Source of the DNA: an uncultured beta proteobacterium
Lineage (GTDB): Bacteria > Pseudomonadota > Gammaproteobacteria > Burkholderiales > Burkholderiaceae_C
Reading direction: 5' to 3'
DNA: 64,000 nucleotides
Assembly: GCA_963786245.1 (NCBI GenBank)
Contig: CAWAYI010000005.1
Coordinates: 462,840 to 526,839, forward strand
The position numbers were made by a program, and so were the translations under genes. Below are positions 25,258 to 36,384 of this stretch, piece after piece. A model generated the notes under the pieces. That model saw only the letters and a program-made list of their open reading frames with translations, searched no databases and was not told the DNA's origin. Positions within the stretch are counted from its first letter, which is position 1. Every line of letters starts with the position of its first letter.

Positions 25258-25917
25258 ATGTCACTGCGCATCAACGATACGGCGCCGAACTTCACGGCAC
25301 AGACAACGCAAGGGACCATCAACTTCCACGAATGGATCGGCGACGGCTGGGCCATCCTGTTTTCGCACCCGAAGGACTTCACGCCGGTGTGCACCACCGA
25401 GCTGGGTTACATGGCCCGGATCGAGCCCGAGTTCACCAAGCGCAACACCAAGCTCATCGGGCTGTCGGTCGACCCGGTGGACAACCACAGCCGCTGGGCC
25501 AGCGACATCGAGGAAACGCAGGGCGCCAAGGTGAAGTACCCGATGATCGGGGACACGGACCTCGCCGTCGCCAAGCTCTACAACATGCTGCCGGCCGAGG
25601 AAGCGGGGACGTCCGACGGCCGCACCGCGGCCACCAACCAGACCGTGCGCACGGTGTTCGTCATCGGTCCCGACAAGAAGATCAAGCTGATGATGACCTA
25701 CCCCATGACCACCGGCCGCAACTTCGACGAGATCCTGCGCGCGCTCGATTCGATGCAGATGACCGCCAAGCACAAGGTCGCGACCCCGGCCAACTGGAAG
25801 AACGGCGACGACGTGATCATCGCCGGGTCGGTGTCGGACGAGGACGCGAAGAAGCTGTTCCCGGCCGGCTGGAAGACCGTCAAGCCTTACCTGCGCGTGG
25901 TCAAGCAGCCGGGCTGA
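25258..25917 (+). CDS. 1-Cys peroxiredoxin (Prx6 type)
   Basis: FSHPKDFTPVCTTE, TVRTVFVIGPD, YPMTTGRNFDEILR. Confidence 0.93.
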   Translation: MSLRINDTAPNFTAQTTQGTINFHEWIGDGWAILFSHPKDFTPVCTTELGYMARIEPEFTKRNTKLIGLSVDPVDNHSRWASDIEETQGAKVKYPMIGDTDLAVAKLYNMLPAEEAGTSDGRTAATNQTVRTVFVIGPDKKIKLMMTYPMTTGRNFDEILRALDSMQMTAKHKVATPANWKNGDDVIIAGSVSDEDAKKLFPAGWKTVKPYLRVVKQPG

Positions 25918-26015
25918 CGGCACCGCACGGGCGCTCGCCACGGGGACCCCGTTACAACCGGGCCACGGCAAGCCCGGTTGGCCCCATACTGGCCGGCCAA
26001 CCACCAGGCAGACCC

Positions 26016-26156
26016 ATGAACAACCTCGTACCCCACATCGGACCGGTCGCCGCGCTCATCGCGGGCATCCTGATCCTGATCATGCCGCGCCTGCTCAACT
26101 ACATCGTCGCGATCTACCTGATCATCATCGGGATCACGGGCCTGCTGGGCAAATAG
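26016..26156 (+). CDS. DUF3096-type small membrane protein, 46 aa
   Basis: PVAALIAGILILIMPRLLNYIVAIYLIIIG. Confidence 0.8.
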   Translation: MNNLVPHIGPVAALIAGILILIMPRLLNYIVAIYLIIIGITGLLGK

Positions 26157-26160
26157 CGCC

Positions 26161-26933
26161 TCAGGCCTTGCCGGCCGCGTGCAGGGTGTAGAGCTTCTGC
26201 ATGCCGCCGAGCCAGCGGTCGTAGTCCTGCGCCTTGTTGAGGAAGTACTTCGCGACCTCGGGGTGCGGCAGGACCAGGAATTTCTCGTCGCGCATCGTCG
26301 CCACCACGTCGGCGGCCACCTGGGCGGCCGTCAGCACGCCGTTGACGCCGGCCGAGCCCGCGCCGTCCTGGTCATGTCGGTCTCCACCGATTGCGGGCAC
26401 AGGCAGGAAACGCGAACCCCGCGCCGGCCATAGGCGATGCGCAGCCATTCAGCGAAGGCGAGCGCCGCGTGCTTGGTGACACCATAAGGCGCGCTCTCGA
26501 CGATGTTGAGCAGGCCGGCGGCCGAAGCCGTGACCACGAAGTAGCCTTCGCCGCGCGCCACCATCTCGGGCACCACCGCGCGCGCCGCCCAGACATGGGC
26601 CATGCCGTGGACCTGCCACATCTTGTCCCAGAGCGCGTCCTCCAGTTCGATGCCGCCCGGACGGCCCAGGATGCCGGCGTTGGACATGAAGATGTCGACC
26701 TGGCCGAAGCGCTCGCGGGTGGCGGCCACCAGCGCCTGGATGTCGGCTTCGCGGCTGACGTCGCACTGCATGGCGACGGCGCCGATATCGCGGGCCACGC
26801 CCTGCGCGCGTTCCAGGTTGATGTCGGCCAGCACGACGCCGCGCGCACCTTCGGCGACGAAGCGCTTGGCCAGCCCGGCGCCGATGCCGCTCGCGCCCCC
26901 CGTGACGATGGCGACTTTTCCTTGAATGTCCAT
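26161..26933 (-). CDS. SDR oxidoreductase (frameshift near 26370)
   Basis: VTGGASGIG, SNAG, TASAAG, YGVTK, LCP. Confidence 0.87.
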
Positions 26934-27021
26934 GGGTTTTCTCCGGTTCCCCGGAAGTATCGCGGGCCGGCGGCGGCGCGCAAGCCACGAAGGCGACAGC
27001 GGCGCGCGGGCGGGCCGCCGC

Positions 27022-27462
27022 CTAGTTCTTCGAGACCTTGACCGGCGCGGCGGCCTGGATCCTCGCGGTGCCGGGATGGACCATGGGGGCGGACACGGCC
27101 GGGACGACCATGCGATAGCCCACGGTGCCGATGGCCGTCGCGGCGAACGCCAGGGTGGCGAACAGCAGCCACCAGGGCCAGGCCGCATCGCGGGGGACGG
27201 GCTTCGCGGCCGCCGGGCGTGCGGTGGCGAAGGCCCGGGCGCACTCGATGGACCGGTCGTAGCGCGCGCGCTGGGCCGGGTCGGAAAGCACCGTGTAGGC
27301 CTCGTTGAGCATGGCCATCACGCGCACCGCATCGGCATTGCCGGGCAGCTTGTCCGGGTGGTACTTCTGCGCCAGGGCGCGGTAGGCGCTGCGCACGCCT
27401 TCCGGCGCGGCTGCGGGGCTGACCCTGAGGATGTCGTAGTAAGTGGCGATGCTCGCGCCCAT
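27022..27462 (-). CDS. J-domain protein with one transmembrane helix
   Basis: YYDILRV, AYRALAQKYHPDK, LNEAYTVLSDPAQRARYD, then WWLLFATLAFAATAIG. Confidence 0.85.
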   Translation of the reverse strand: MGASIATYYDILRVSPAAAPEGVRSAYRALAQKYHPDKLPGNADAVRVMAMLNEAYTVLSDPAQRARYDRSIECARAFATARPAAAKPVPRDAAWPWWLLFATLAFAATAIGTVGYRMVVPAVSAPMVHPGTARIQAAAPVKVSKN

Positions 27463-27673
27463 TCGAATTTGTTCCTGCCGCTCGGTCACCGCCCGCACAA
27501 ACGGGGCGATCCACGCTATTGAAAGTATAGCGGCGGTGAGCGCGCGCGGCACGCGGTCTGTGCCTTGTGCGCAACAGTGGCAGTGCGCCGACACGCGGCA
27601 GGGCGTCTCGTCCTACGCGCGCCGGGAGATTCGTGGCTCAGCATCAGCGGCATCAAAACCCAAGGAGACAGCG

Positions 27674-28096
27674 ATGGCGGCCACGACACAGGAGTTCGAT
27701 GACACCGGCCCGGACGAGCCGATGGCCGTCCTCAGCCGAGCCGATGCCGAGGGCGAAGACGCTCATTGGGCGCACGCGCATCGCCGCGAAAGCTACTTCA
27801 AGCCCGGGTTCGATTACGAGGACTATGCGCCGGCCTATTGCGTCGGCTACATCGGCCACGCGCAATACGGCGGCCATTTCGAGGAGGCGCTGAAATCGCT
27901 GTGCGCCAATTGGGAACGCATCAAGGGCGATTCGCGGCTGCCGCTGGACGAGGCGCTGCTCGCGATGCGGGCGGCCTGGGATCGCATGGCCGGCGGGCGC
28001 GAACCGGTGGCCCCGCGCGAGAGCTGGGTCGCTGGCCTCCTGCGGCGGCGCCTGCCGGTGCCGTCCCTGCGGTTCGGGCCGCGGCTGCAGCGCTAG
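27674..28096 (+). CDS. Hypothetical protein, 140 aa
   Basis: AAGGAG RBS; YEDYAPAY, WERIKGDSRL, AMRAAWDR. Confidence 0.7.
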   Translation: MAATTQEFDDTGPDEPMAVLSRADAEGEDAHWAHAHRRESYFKPGFDYEDYAPAYCVGYIGHAQYGGHFEEALKSLCANWERIKGDSRLPLDEALLAMRAAWDRMAGGREPVAPRESWVAGLLRRRLPVPSLRFGPRLQR

Positions 28097-29235
28097 TCGA
28101 GGGTCTTGCGGTACACCGCGAGCCCCACGGCGATGGCCGCCGCGAGGAAGGCCAGGATGGGCCACACCTCGGGCCACAGCTCGCACGAGGCCGCTGCCCT
28201 TGAGCATGATGCCGCGCACCAGCCGCAGGAAGTGCGTGAGCGGCAGCACGTTGCCGATCCACTGCGCCCACACCGGCATGCCGCGAAACGGGAACATGAA
28301 GCCCGACAGCAGGATCGAGGGCAGGAAGAAGAAGAAGGTCATCTGCATGGCCTGCAGCTGGTTGCGCGCCATCGACGAGAAGGTGATGCCCAGCGCCAGG
28401 TTGGCGGCGATGAAGACCAGCACGGCCAGGTAGAGCAGGGCGACGCTGCCGGCCAGCGGCACGTCGAACAGCAGCAGCGCGGCGAGCAGCAGCAGCGTGA
28501 CCTGCACCAGGCCGATCAGGATGTACGGGACGATCTTGCCGGTCATCACCTCGATCGGCAGCGCCGGCGTGGCCAGCAGGTTCTCGAAGGTGCCGCGCTC
28601 GCGCTCGCGCGTCATCGCCAGGCCGGTCATCAGGATCATCGTCATGGTCAGGATGGTGCCGAGCAAGCCCGGGCACGATGTTGTAGGCGGTGACGCCCTC
28701 CGGGTTGTAGCGGCGGTGGACGCGCACGTCCACCGCGTCGTCCGGCGGTTGAGCCGCGCCAGCGGCCCGCGCAGGTCGTGCGCCAGCGACGTGCGCACCG
28801 CGCCCTGCAGCGCCGCGATGGCGTTGCCGGTGGCGCTGGGGTCGGTCGCGTCGGCCTCGACCAGCAGCACCGGCTTCTCGCCGCGCACCAGGGCCGCGGC
28901 CGAACTGCGGCGGCACCGTGACGACGAACTGCACGGCGCCCTGCGCGATCAGGTCGTCGGCCTGCGCCTGGGTGGCCACCTCGTGGTCGATGCGGAAGTA
29001 GCCGCTGTTGCGCAGGCTCTGCACGATGGTGCGCGCATAGGGGCTGTGGTCCGCGTCCAGCACGGCGGTGGGCAGCTGGCTGCGGGTCGGAGTTGATCGC
29101 GAAGCCGAACAGGATGAGCTGCAGGATGGGAATGCCCACCACCATCCCGAAGGTCAGGCGGTCGCGCCGCAGCTGGATGAACTCCTTGACGATGATGCCC
29201 ATCCAGCGCGACCAGGACAGCCCGGCGAACCTCAT
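28093..29235 (-). CDS. ABC-2 exporter permease (several frameshifts)
   Basis: KEFIQLRRDRLT, RERERGTFENLLATP, GKIVPY, LSGFMFP, LPLTHF. Confidence 0.85.
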
Positions 29236-30164
29236 GGCGCGCGCCCCCTCGTTGCCCTGCATCAGGCTGATGAACACGTCTTCCAGGCCGGGCTCGATCG
29301 CGCTCCCACTGCGAGCGGCCTTCCGCCGCGATGCGCTGCGCCGTGCCGGCCAGCGCCGCGGCGTCGCGGCCCACCACGTGCAGCGTGGTGCCGAAGGCCG
29401 TGACCTGGCTCACGCCCGGCTCGGTGCGCAGGCGCGCGGCCAGCGCCTGCAGGTCCTCGCCGCGCACGTTGTAGCCCGCAGGCGCCTGGGCCGCCACGAC
29501 TTCGGTGGCGGTGCCGGTCGCCAGCAGCCGCCCCTCGGCCAGGTAGGCGAGCCGGTGGCAGCGCTCGGCCTCGTCCATGTAATGCGTCGACACCAGCACG
29601 GTGATGCCCGCGGCGGCAAGCTGGTGGATCTCGTCCCAGAAGTCGCGCCGCGCCTTCGGGTCGACGCCGGCCGTGGGCTCGTCGAGCAGCAGCAGCAGCG
29701 GCTCGTGCAGCATGCATGCGGCCAGCGACAGGCGCTGCTTCCAGCCGCCCGAGAGGTTGCCGGCGAGCTGGTGCTGCCGCTGCGCCAGGCCGAGCTTGTC
29801 GATCGCGCCGTCCACCGCCTGCCGGCGCCGGGCCATGCCGTACATCCGGGCGACGAAGTCCAGGTTCTCGCGGATGGTGAGGTCTTCCCAGAGCGAAAAG
29901 CGCTGGGTCATGTAGCCGACTTCGCGCTTGATGGCCGGCGTCTCGCGGATCACGTCGTGGCCCAGGCAGGTGCCGCTGCCCGAGTCGGGCGTGAGCAGGC
30001 CGCACAGCATGCGGATGGACGTGGTCTTGCCGCTGCCGTTGGGGCCGAGGAAGCCGTAGATCTCGCCGCGCCGCACCTGCAGCGACAGGTCGCGCACCAC
30101 GTGCTTGGGCGCCGAAGTGCTTGTTCAGGCCCTGCACGTCGATGACGAAGCCGCCGGCCTGCAT
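29232..30164 (-). CDS. ABC exporter ATP-binding protein (frameshifts near 30110 and 29305; stop position uncertain)
   Basis: [33 protein letters not shown]. Confidence 0.87.
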
Positions 30165-30169
30165 GGCTT

Positions 30170-31144
30170 TCAGCGCAGGACCACGTCGACCGGCTGCCCG
30201 GGCTTGAGGCGGGCCGCATCCTGCGCCTGCGGCCGCGCCTCGACCATGAAGACCAGGCGCGAGCGCTGCTCGCGGCTGTAGATCACGGGCGGTGTGTACT
30301 CGGCCTGGCGCGACACGAAACTGACCTGGGCCGCGATCGGCGCGCTGCAGCCATCGCAGGTCGCCTGCACCGCGGCGCCGACAGTCATGCGCGGCAGGGC
30401 CGCTTCAGGCACGAAGAAGCGCAGCTTCAACGATCCGGGCGGCAGCAGGCTGACGACCGGTGCGCCGGCCTGCACCCATTCGCCTTCGGAATAGAACGTG
30501 TCCTGCACCAGGGCCTTGGCCGGCGCCTGCACGGCGCGCTGCTTCAGGCGCCAGTCGGACTGCGCCAGCACCGCGCGCTGTGCCTGCACATCGGCGCCGG
30601 CCGCCTCGATTTCCTTGTCGCGGCCGATGGCTTGCTGCGCCGTGGCCAGCTGGGCCGCGGCTTCGGCCACGCGTGCCATGTCCCGCTGCCAGGCGGCACG
30701 GGCTGCATCCACCGCCGCCTGCGACACGAACCTGGCTGCGAACAGCCGCTGTTGCTGCGCCAGCTGCTCGGCCGAGAGGTCGCGCGCCGCAATGGCTTCG
30801 CGCTGCTGCGCCCGTACGGCCTCGATTTCCTGCCCGCGCCGGGCGCCCTGCAGGTTGGACTGGCGCGCTTGCGCGGTGTTCAGCCGCTCCTGCGCTTCCT
30901 GGCGGGCCGCCTTTTCGTTTTCCTGCTCCAGCACGAACAGCGGCGCGCCGGCCTCGACCTGGCTGCCGCGCTCGACGAAGCGCTTGTCCAGCCGCCCGGC
31001 CTGCGGCGCGGCGACCAGCACGAACTCGCCCTCGGCATAGCCTTGCCATGCCGGGGGCGGTTTGTCGCCGCAGGCGGGCAGCAGCGCCGCCACCAGCAGG
31101 GCGAGCAGGGCGGGGCCCGGGCGGCTGCATGAAAGGCTGTGCAT
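30170..31144 (-). CDS. HlyD-family periplasmic adaptor (lipoprotein-like signal)
   Basis: LLPAC lipobox-like motif, QGYAEGE, coiled coil, AEYTPPVIYS, LKPGQPVDV. Confidence 0.87.
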   Translation of the reverse strand: MHSLSCSRPGPALLALLVAALLPACGDKPPPAWQGYAEGEFVLVAAPQAGRLDKRFVERGSQVEAGAPLFVLEQENEKAARQEAQERLNTAQARQSNLQGARRGQEIEAVRAQQREAIAARDLSAEQLAQQQRLFAARFVSQAAVDAARAAWQRDMARVAEAAAQLATAQQAIGRDKEIEAAGADVQAQRAVLAQSDWRLKQRAVQAPAKALVQDTFYSEGEWVQAGAPVVSLLPPGSLKLRFFVPEAALPRMTVGAAVQATCDGCSAPIAAQVSFVSRQAEYTPPVIYSREQRSRLVFMVEARPQAQDAARLKPGQPVDVVLR

Positions 31145-31188
31145 GGCGGCGACTGTAACCCTGCCGCGCCGGGCAGGGTTGTGCCACG

Positions 31189-31669
31189 TCAAGCGGCGCC
31201 TGCCGGCCGCTGGAGCGCTTCCAGCAGGCGATCGACCAGCGCGGCCTGCGCCGCGTTGAGCCTGCGGCGCGCTTCGTCGGGGGCGAACCAGGCCACGCGG
31301 TCGATTTCGGGATGGCTTTGGCGCTTGCCCGGAGCGCGGCGGCCACTCGACCTCGAAGCTGTTGCTGCGCAGCCCGGCCGGGTCGCAGTCGCCGGCAAAG
31401 GCCCAGGCCACGATGCGCTTGCCGCTCTTTTGCACGACCTCGCCCAGCGGAAGGAATGGGGGTGCCGCGCCGAACCCGGTCTCTTCGGCGAACTCGCGGC
31501 GCGCGGCGGCCAGCGCCTCCTCGGGCGCCTCGTATTCTCCCTTGGGCAGGGTCCATGCGCCTTCGTCGCGGCCCTGCCAGAAGGGGCCGCCGGGGTGGGC
31601 GAGCAGCACTTCCAGCCCGGCACCGGGCACACCGCGATACATGAGCAATCCCGCGCTTTTCTTTTTCAT
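31189..31669 (-). CDS. NUDIX hydrolase (frameshift near 31325)
   Basis: LLAHPGGPFW, WTLPKGE, AARREFAEETG, EWPPRSG, PEIDRVAWF. Confidence 0.85.
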
Positions 31670-31701
31670 CAGCGCAGGGTAGCGGCTACGGGCTTGCCGG
31701 G

Positions 31702-31902
31702 CTAGTTCTGCGCCGGCTTGCCGGTTCCGTCCGTCGGGGGATCGACTTCAGGCAGAGTCTCGCCGTTGCTGGCGGAGCGGCGCTTTTTCAGCATCGCCGC
31801 GAAGGCGGTGTCGGCGCCGGCGCCCGATCGCTGCGCGGGCGCTTGCGGGTCGCTGTCCGGCTGGCCGCCGGCAGTCTGCTTCGGGGTGGGCTCGCGAGTC
31901 AT
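31702..31902 (-). CDS. Small hydrophilic protein, 66 aa
   Basis: ATGA-coupled to the upstream small ORF; core SGAGADTAFAAM. Confidence 0.5.
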   Translation of the reverse strand: MTREPTPKQTAGGQPDSDPQAPAQRSGAGADTAFAAMLKKRRSASNGETLPEVDPPTDGTGKPAQN

Positions 31903-32093
31903 TGGTGACGGCTCCCCGCGGCGTCCTCCGGCTCACCGGTCTGGTGGCGTTGCTGCTGGCCGCTCGAAATCATGTGGGCCAGGGCGCTGGCGGCGCCCTC
32001 GCCGGAATGCCCGTTCTCGCCCTGCTCCTGGCCCTGCACCTGCTCCTGCGCGCCGTGCTCCTGCTTCGTGTCGTTGGGACCGTTCATGGTCAT
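31899..32093 (-). CDS. Small hydrophilic Q/E-rich protein, about 64 aa
   Basis: GGGAG RBS upstream; core SGEGAASALAHM. Confidence 0.5.
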   Translation of the reverse strand: MTMNGPNDTKQEHGAQEQVQGQEQGENGHSGEGAASALAHMISSGQQQRHQTGEPEDAAGSRHQ

Positions 32094-32229
32094 CGCTCTG
32101 CTCCCGGAAACGCATGGCAGGTCGCGCCATGCACAAGGCGTCATTCTGGGAAAAACGGGGCGGCGGAGCCGTCGGATTACGGCTGAGCCAATTGTAGGAA
32201 TTCGCCCCATCCCGGGGGTGGGGAGACTG

Positions 32230-33029
<800 letters not shown>

Positions 33030-33033
<4 letters not shown>

Positions 33034-33806
33034 CCGATCCGCGCCCATGGAAAGAGCTTCCGGTTGAATGCCTTGAAGGCGAAGTCGGTGACCAGGCCGA
33101 TCAGGCCGATGACGATGATGCCGAAGATGATCTGGTCGGTGGCCAGCAGCGCCTGGCTGTCGGTGATCATGTGGCCGATGCCGCTGGACGCGCCGATCAG
33201 CTCCGCCACGATCACGTAGGTCCAGGCCCAGCCCAGCACCATGCGCAGCGTCTCCGCGATTTCCGGCGCGCTGGAGGGCAGCAGCACCCGGGTGACGATG
33301 CCGCGGTCGCCGGCGCCCAGGGTGTAGGCCGCCTCGACCAGGTCGCGCCGGGTGTTGCCCACGCTCACGGCGATCATCAGCACCACCTGGAAGAACGAGC
33401 CGATGAAGATCACCGCGAGCTTCTGCGCCTCGCCGATGCCGGCCCACAGGATCAGCAGGGGGATGAAAGCCGAAGCGGGCAGGTAGCGTGCGAAGCTCAC
33501 GAAGGGCTCGAAGAATGCCTCGACCGGCTTGTAGGCCCCCATCAGCACACCCAGCGGCACCGCCAGCACGGCGGCGATCACGAAGCCGCCCAGCACGCGC
33601 CACACCGTCATGCCGATGTCCTTGGCGAAGCCCTGGTTGGCGATCAGGTCGTAGCCGGAGCGCACCATGGTGAGGGGATCGGCCAGGAATGTCCTGGAGA
33701 CGAAGCCGCCCAGCGTCGCCGCCGCCCACACCAGGACGAACACGACGAAGAACGCGACCCCCAGCACGATGCGCGCGCCGGGGGCAACAGGGACGAGCGG
33801 TTTCAT
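33030..33806 (-). CDS. ABC importer permease (TauC/SsuC type)
   Basis: EAAYTLGA loop, WTYVIVAELIGASSGIG. Confidence 0.92.
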
Positions 33807-33849
33807 TGAGCGTGAATTCGCAGGGCGCCGAAGGCGCTTCGGGGGTGGA

Positions 33850-34791
33850 TCATTTCAGGAAGCGGGTGTCGGCGAGCTTGCTCATGTCGGGCAGCTGCTT
33901 GATGATGCCCGCCTCCATCAGCAGCTCGGCGGCTTCCTTGCTGAAGGCCGCGTGCTCGCCGGAGAAGAACTTCTGGTTGGCCGCGCGGTCCTGCCAGCGC
34001 AGGTAGCCGGCGGACTTCGCGAACGCCTCGCCGGTCTGCTTGACGTCGGCGCCCATGATCTCGTAGCTCTTCTTCGGGTCCTTCTGGATCATCTCCACCG
34101 CCTCGAAGTAGCTGTCGGCCAGCGCCTTCGCGGCCTTGGGGTTTTCGGAGAGGAACTTCGGCGTGCAGCCGAAGGTGTCCATCACCATCGGGTAGTCGAG
34201 CGTGGTGGCGATGATCTTGCCGGCCTCCGGCTTGGCGCGCACCGCGCCGAGGTAGGGCTCGTAGGTCATCGCGGCGTCGACGCCGTCGGTGCCGGCGATC
34301 ATCGCGTTGGCCGCGGCCTGCGGCTCGAGGTTGACCACCTTCACGTCCTTGGTGGACATGCCGTTCTTCTTCAGGATCCAGGCCAGGGCGAAGTAGGGCG
34401 AGGTGCCCGGCGCGCTGGCGGCCACGGTCTTGCCCTTCAGGTCGCTGATCTTCGTGATGCTCGGCTTGACGACCATGCCGTCGGCGCCATAGCTCTTGTC
34501 CAGCTGGAAGATCTGCGTGGTGGCGACGCCGTTGGCGTTCCAGACCACCCAGGTCTCCACGGTGGTGGCGGCGCACTGAACGTCGCCGGAGGCGATCGCC
34601 AGGTGGCGGTCCTTCTGCGGGATCTTCTTGATGCTGACGTCCAGGCCGTGCTTCTTGAAGATGCCCGCCTCATTGGCCAGCGTGAGCGGCGCAAAGCCGG
34701 TCCATCCCGAAATGCCGATGGCGACCTTGGTTTCCTGCGCCTGCGCGCCGCAGGCGAGGGCGATGAGGGAGAGAGTCAGCAGCTTCTTCAT
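33850..34791 (-). CDS. ABC substrate-binding protein (SsuA/NMT1 type)
   Basis: Signal peptide, GWTGFAPL, SYGADG, DLKGKTVA, YEPY. Confidence 0.9.
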   Translation of the reverse strand: MKKLLTLSLIALACGAQAQETKVAIGISGWTGFAPLTLANEAGIFKKHGLDVSIKKIPQKDRHLAIASGDVQCAATTVETWVVWNANGVATTQIFQLDKSYGADGMVVKPSITKISDLKGKTVAASAPGTSPYFALAWILKKNGMSTKDVKVVNLEPQAAANAMIAGTDGVDAAMTYEPYLGAVRAKPEAGKIIATTLDYPMVMDTFGCTPKFLSENPKAAKALADSYFEAVEMIQKDPKKSYEIMGADVKQTGEAFAKSAGYLRWQDRAANQKFFSGEHAAFSKEAAELLMEAGIIKQLPDMSKLADTRFLK

Positions 34792-34824
34792 GGGGGGCTC
34801 CGTGGGTTGGGTGATTTCCGTGAG

Positions 34825-34839
34825 GCAACGTTCATGCCA
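34825..34839 (-). promoter_or_regulatory. Sigma54 -24/-12 promoter of the ABC importer
   Basis: Minus strand TGGCATGAACGTTGC against consensus TGGCACG-N4-TTGC, 33 nt upstream of the binding-protein ATG. Confidence 0.7.
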
Positions 34840-36384
34840 GCCGCAAGGCCAGCAATTCGGGGATCTGTGTCTCGATGGCGTGGCCGACGTCGCCGGAGGC
34901 GACCAGGTGGTGCACCGCCTCGATGTCGCGCGCCAGGCTGCGGTCCTCCATCATCGCCGGCGACACGCTGCGCACGAGGCGCAGCACGCCTTCGAGGCCG
35001 GGCGCGCTGGCGAGCGGGCGCAGGAACTCGATGCCTTGCGCGGCGGCGAGCAGCTCGATGGCGACGATGTGGGCCGTGTTCCTGAGCATCGGCTGCAGGC
35101 GCCGCGCGGCGAACGTCGCCATGCTCACGTGGTCTTCCTGGTTGGCGGAAGTCGGCAGGCTGTCGACGCTGGCCGGGTGCGCCAGCGATTTGTTTTCCGA
35201 GGCCAGCGCCGCGGCGGTGACGTGCACGATCATGAAGCCCGAGTTCAGCCCGGGGTCGGGCGTGAGGAAGGGCGGCAGGCGCGACACCACGGTGTCCACC
35301 AGCATCGCGATCCGCCGCTCGGTGATGGCGCCGATCTCGGCGATCGCCACGGCCAGCGCGTCGCAGGCCAGCGCCACCGGCTCGGCGTGGAAGTTGCCGC
35401 CCGAGAGCATCTGCCCTTCCTGCGCGAACACCAGCGGGTTGTCGGTGACGGCGTTGGCTTCGCGCACCAGCACCTGCGCGGCGTGGCGCATCTGGTCCAG
35501 GCAGGCGCCCATCACCTGCGGCTGGCAGCGCAGGCAGTACGGGTCCTGCACGCGGTCGTCGTTTTCCAGGTGCGAGCGGCGGATCTCGCTGCCCACCATC
35601 AGCGCGCGGTAGGCCGACGCGCAATCGATCTGCCCGGGCTGGCCGCGCACGGCGTGGATGCGCGGGTCGAACGGGCCGTCGCTGCCGCGCGCCGCGTCCA
35701 GCGTGAGCGCGCCCGAAATCACCGCGGCTTCGAACAGCCGGTCGGCCGCCAGCAGGGCATCGATGGCCAGTGCCGTGGACACCTGCGTGCCGTTGATCAG
35801 GGCCAGCCCTTCCTTGGCCGAAAGCTGCAGCGGCTTGAGGCCGGCGCGCTCCAGCGCCTGCGCGGCGGGCATCCGCTCGCCCTGGTAGAAGACTTCGCCT
35901 TCGCCCACCAGCGGCAGGCTCAGGTGCGCCAGCGGCGCCAGGTCGCCCGAGGCGCCGACCGAGCCCTGGCAGGGGATGACCGGGGTCAGGCCGAGGTTGT
36001 GCATGGCCAGCGAGTGCGTCGATCACCTCCCCGCGCACGCCGGAGTAGCCGCGCGCCAGGCTGGCGGCCTTGAGCAGCAGGACCAGGCGCACGACGCGCT
36101 CGTCGAGCGGGTCGCCCACGCCCACGGCGTGCGAGCGCAGCAGCTTGAGCTGCAGCACCGCCAGGTCTTCCTTCGCGATGCGCGTGGTGGCGAGCTTGCC
36201 GAAGCCGGTGTTGACGCCGTACACCGGGGCGTCGCCCTCGGCGGTGCGGCCCACCAGTTCCGCGCTGGCCCGGATGCCGGCACGGCAGCTGGACGCCAGC
36301 GTGACCGGGATGCGGCGCGCGCCGCACAGGCGGCGCAGCTGCGCCAGCGTGAGCTCGCCCGGGGATGATGGTTTCGCCCTTCAT
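34832..36384 (-). CDS. hutH: Histidine ammonia-lyase (frameshifts near 36360 and 36015)
   Basis: [23 protein letters not shown] (MIO), [31 protein letters not shown]. Confidence 0.93.

Noticed and set aside
28648-29300. ABC ATPase C-terminus reading in frame into the permease
   Set aside because: The region is full of indels, and one base change restores the usual ATGA-coupled two-gene layout
30170-31669. Apparent NUDIX-HlyD fusion (499 aa)
   Set aside because: The NUDIX C-terminus (PEIDRVAWF) continues in another frame to a stop at 31189, and HlyD has its own signal peptide
32110-32135. Sigma54-like TGGCGCG upstream of the micro-ORFs
   Set aside because: GG-to-GC spacing is 8 nt rather than the required 10
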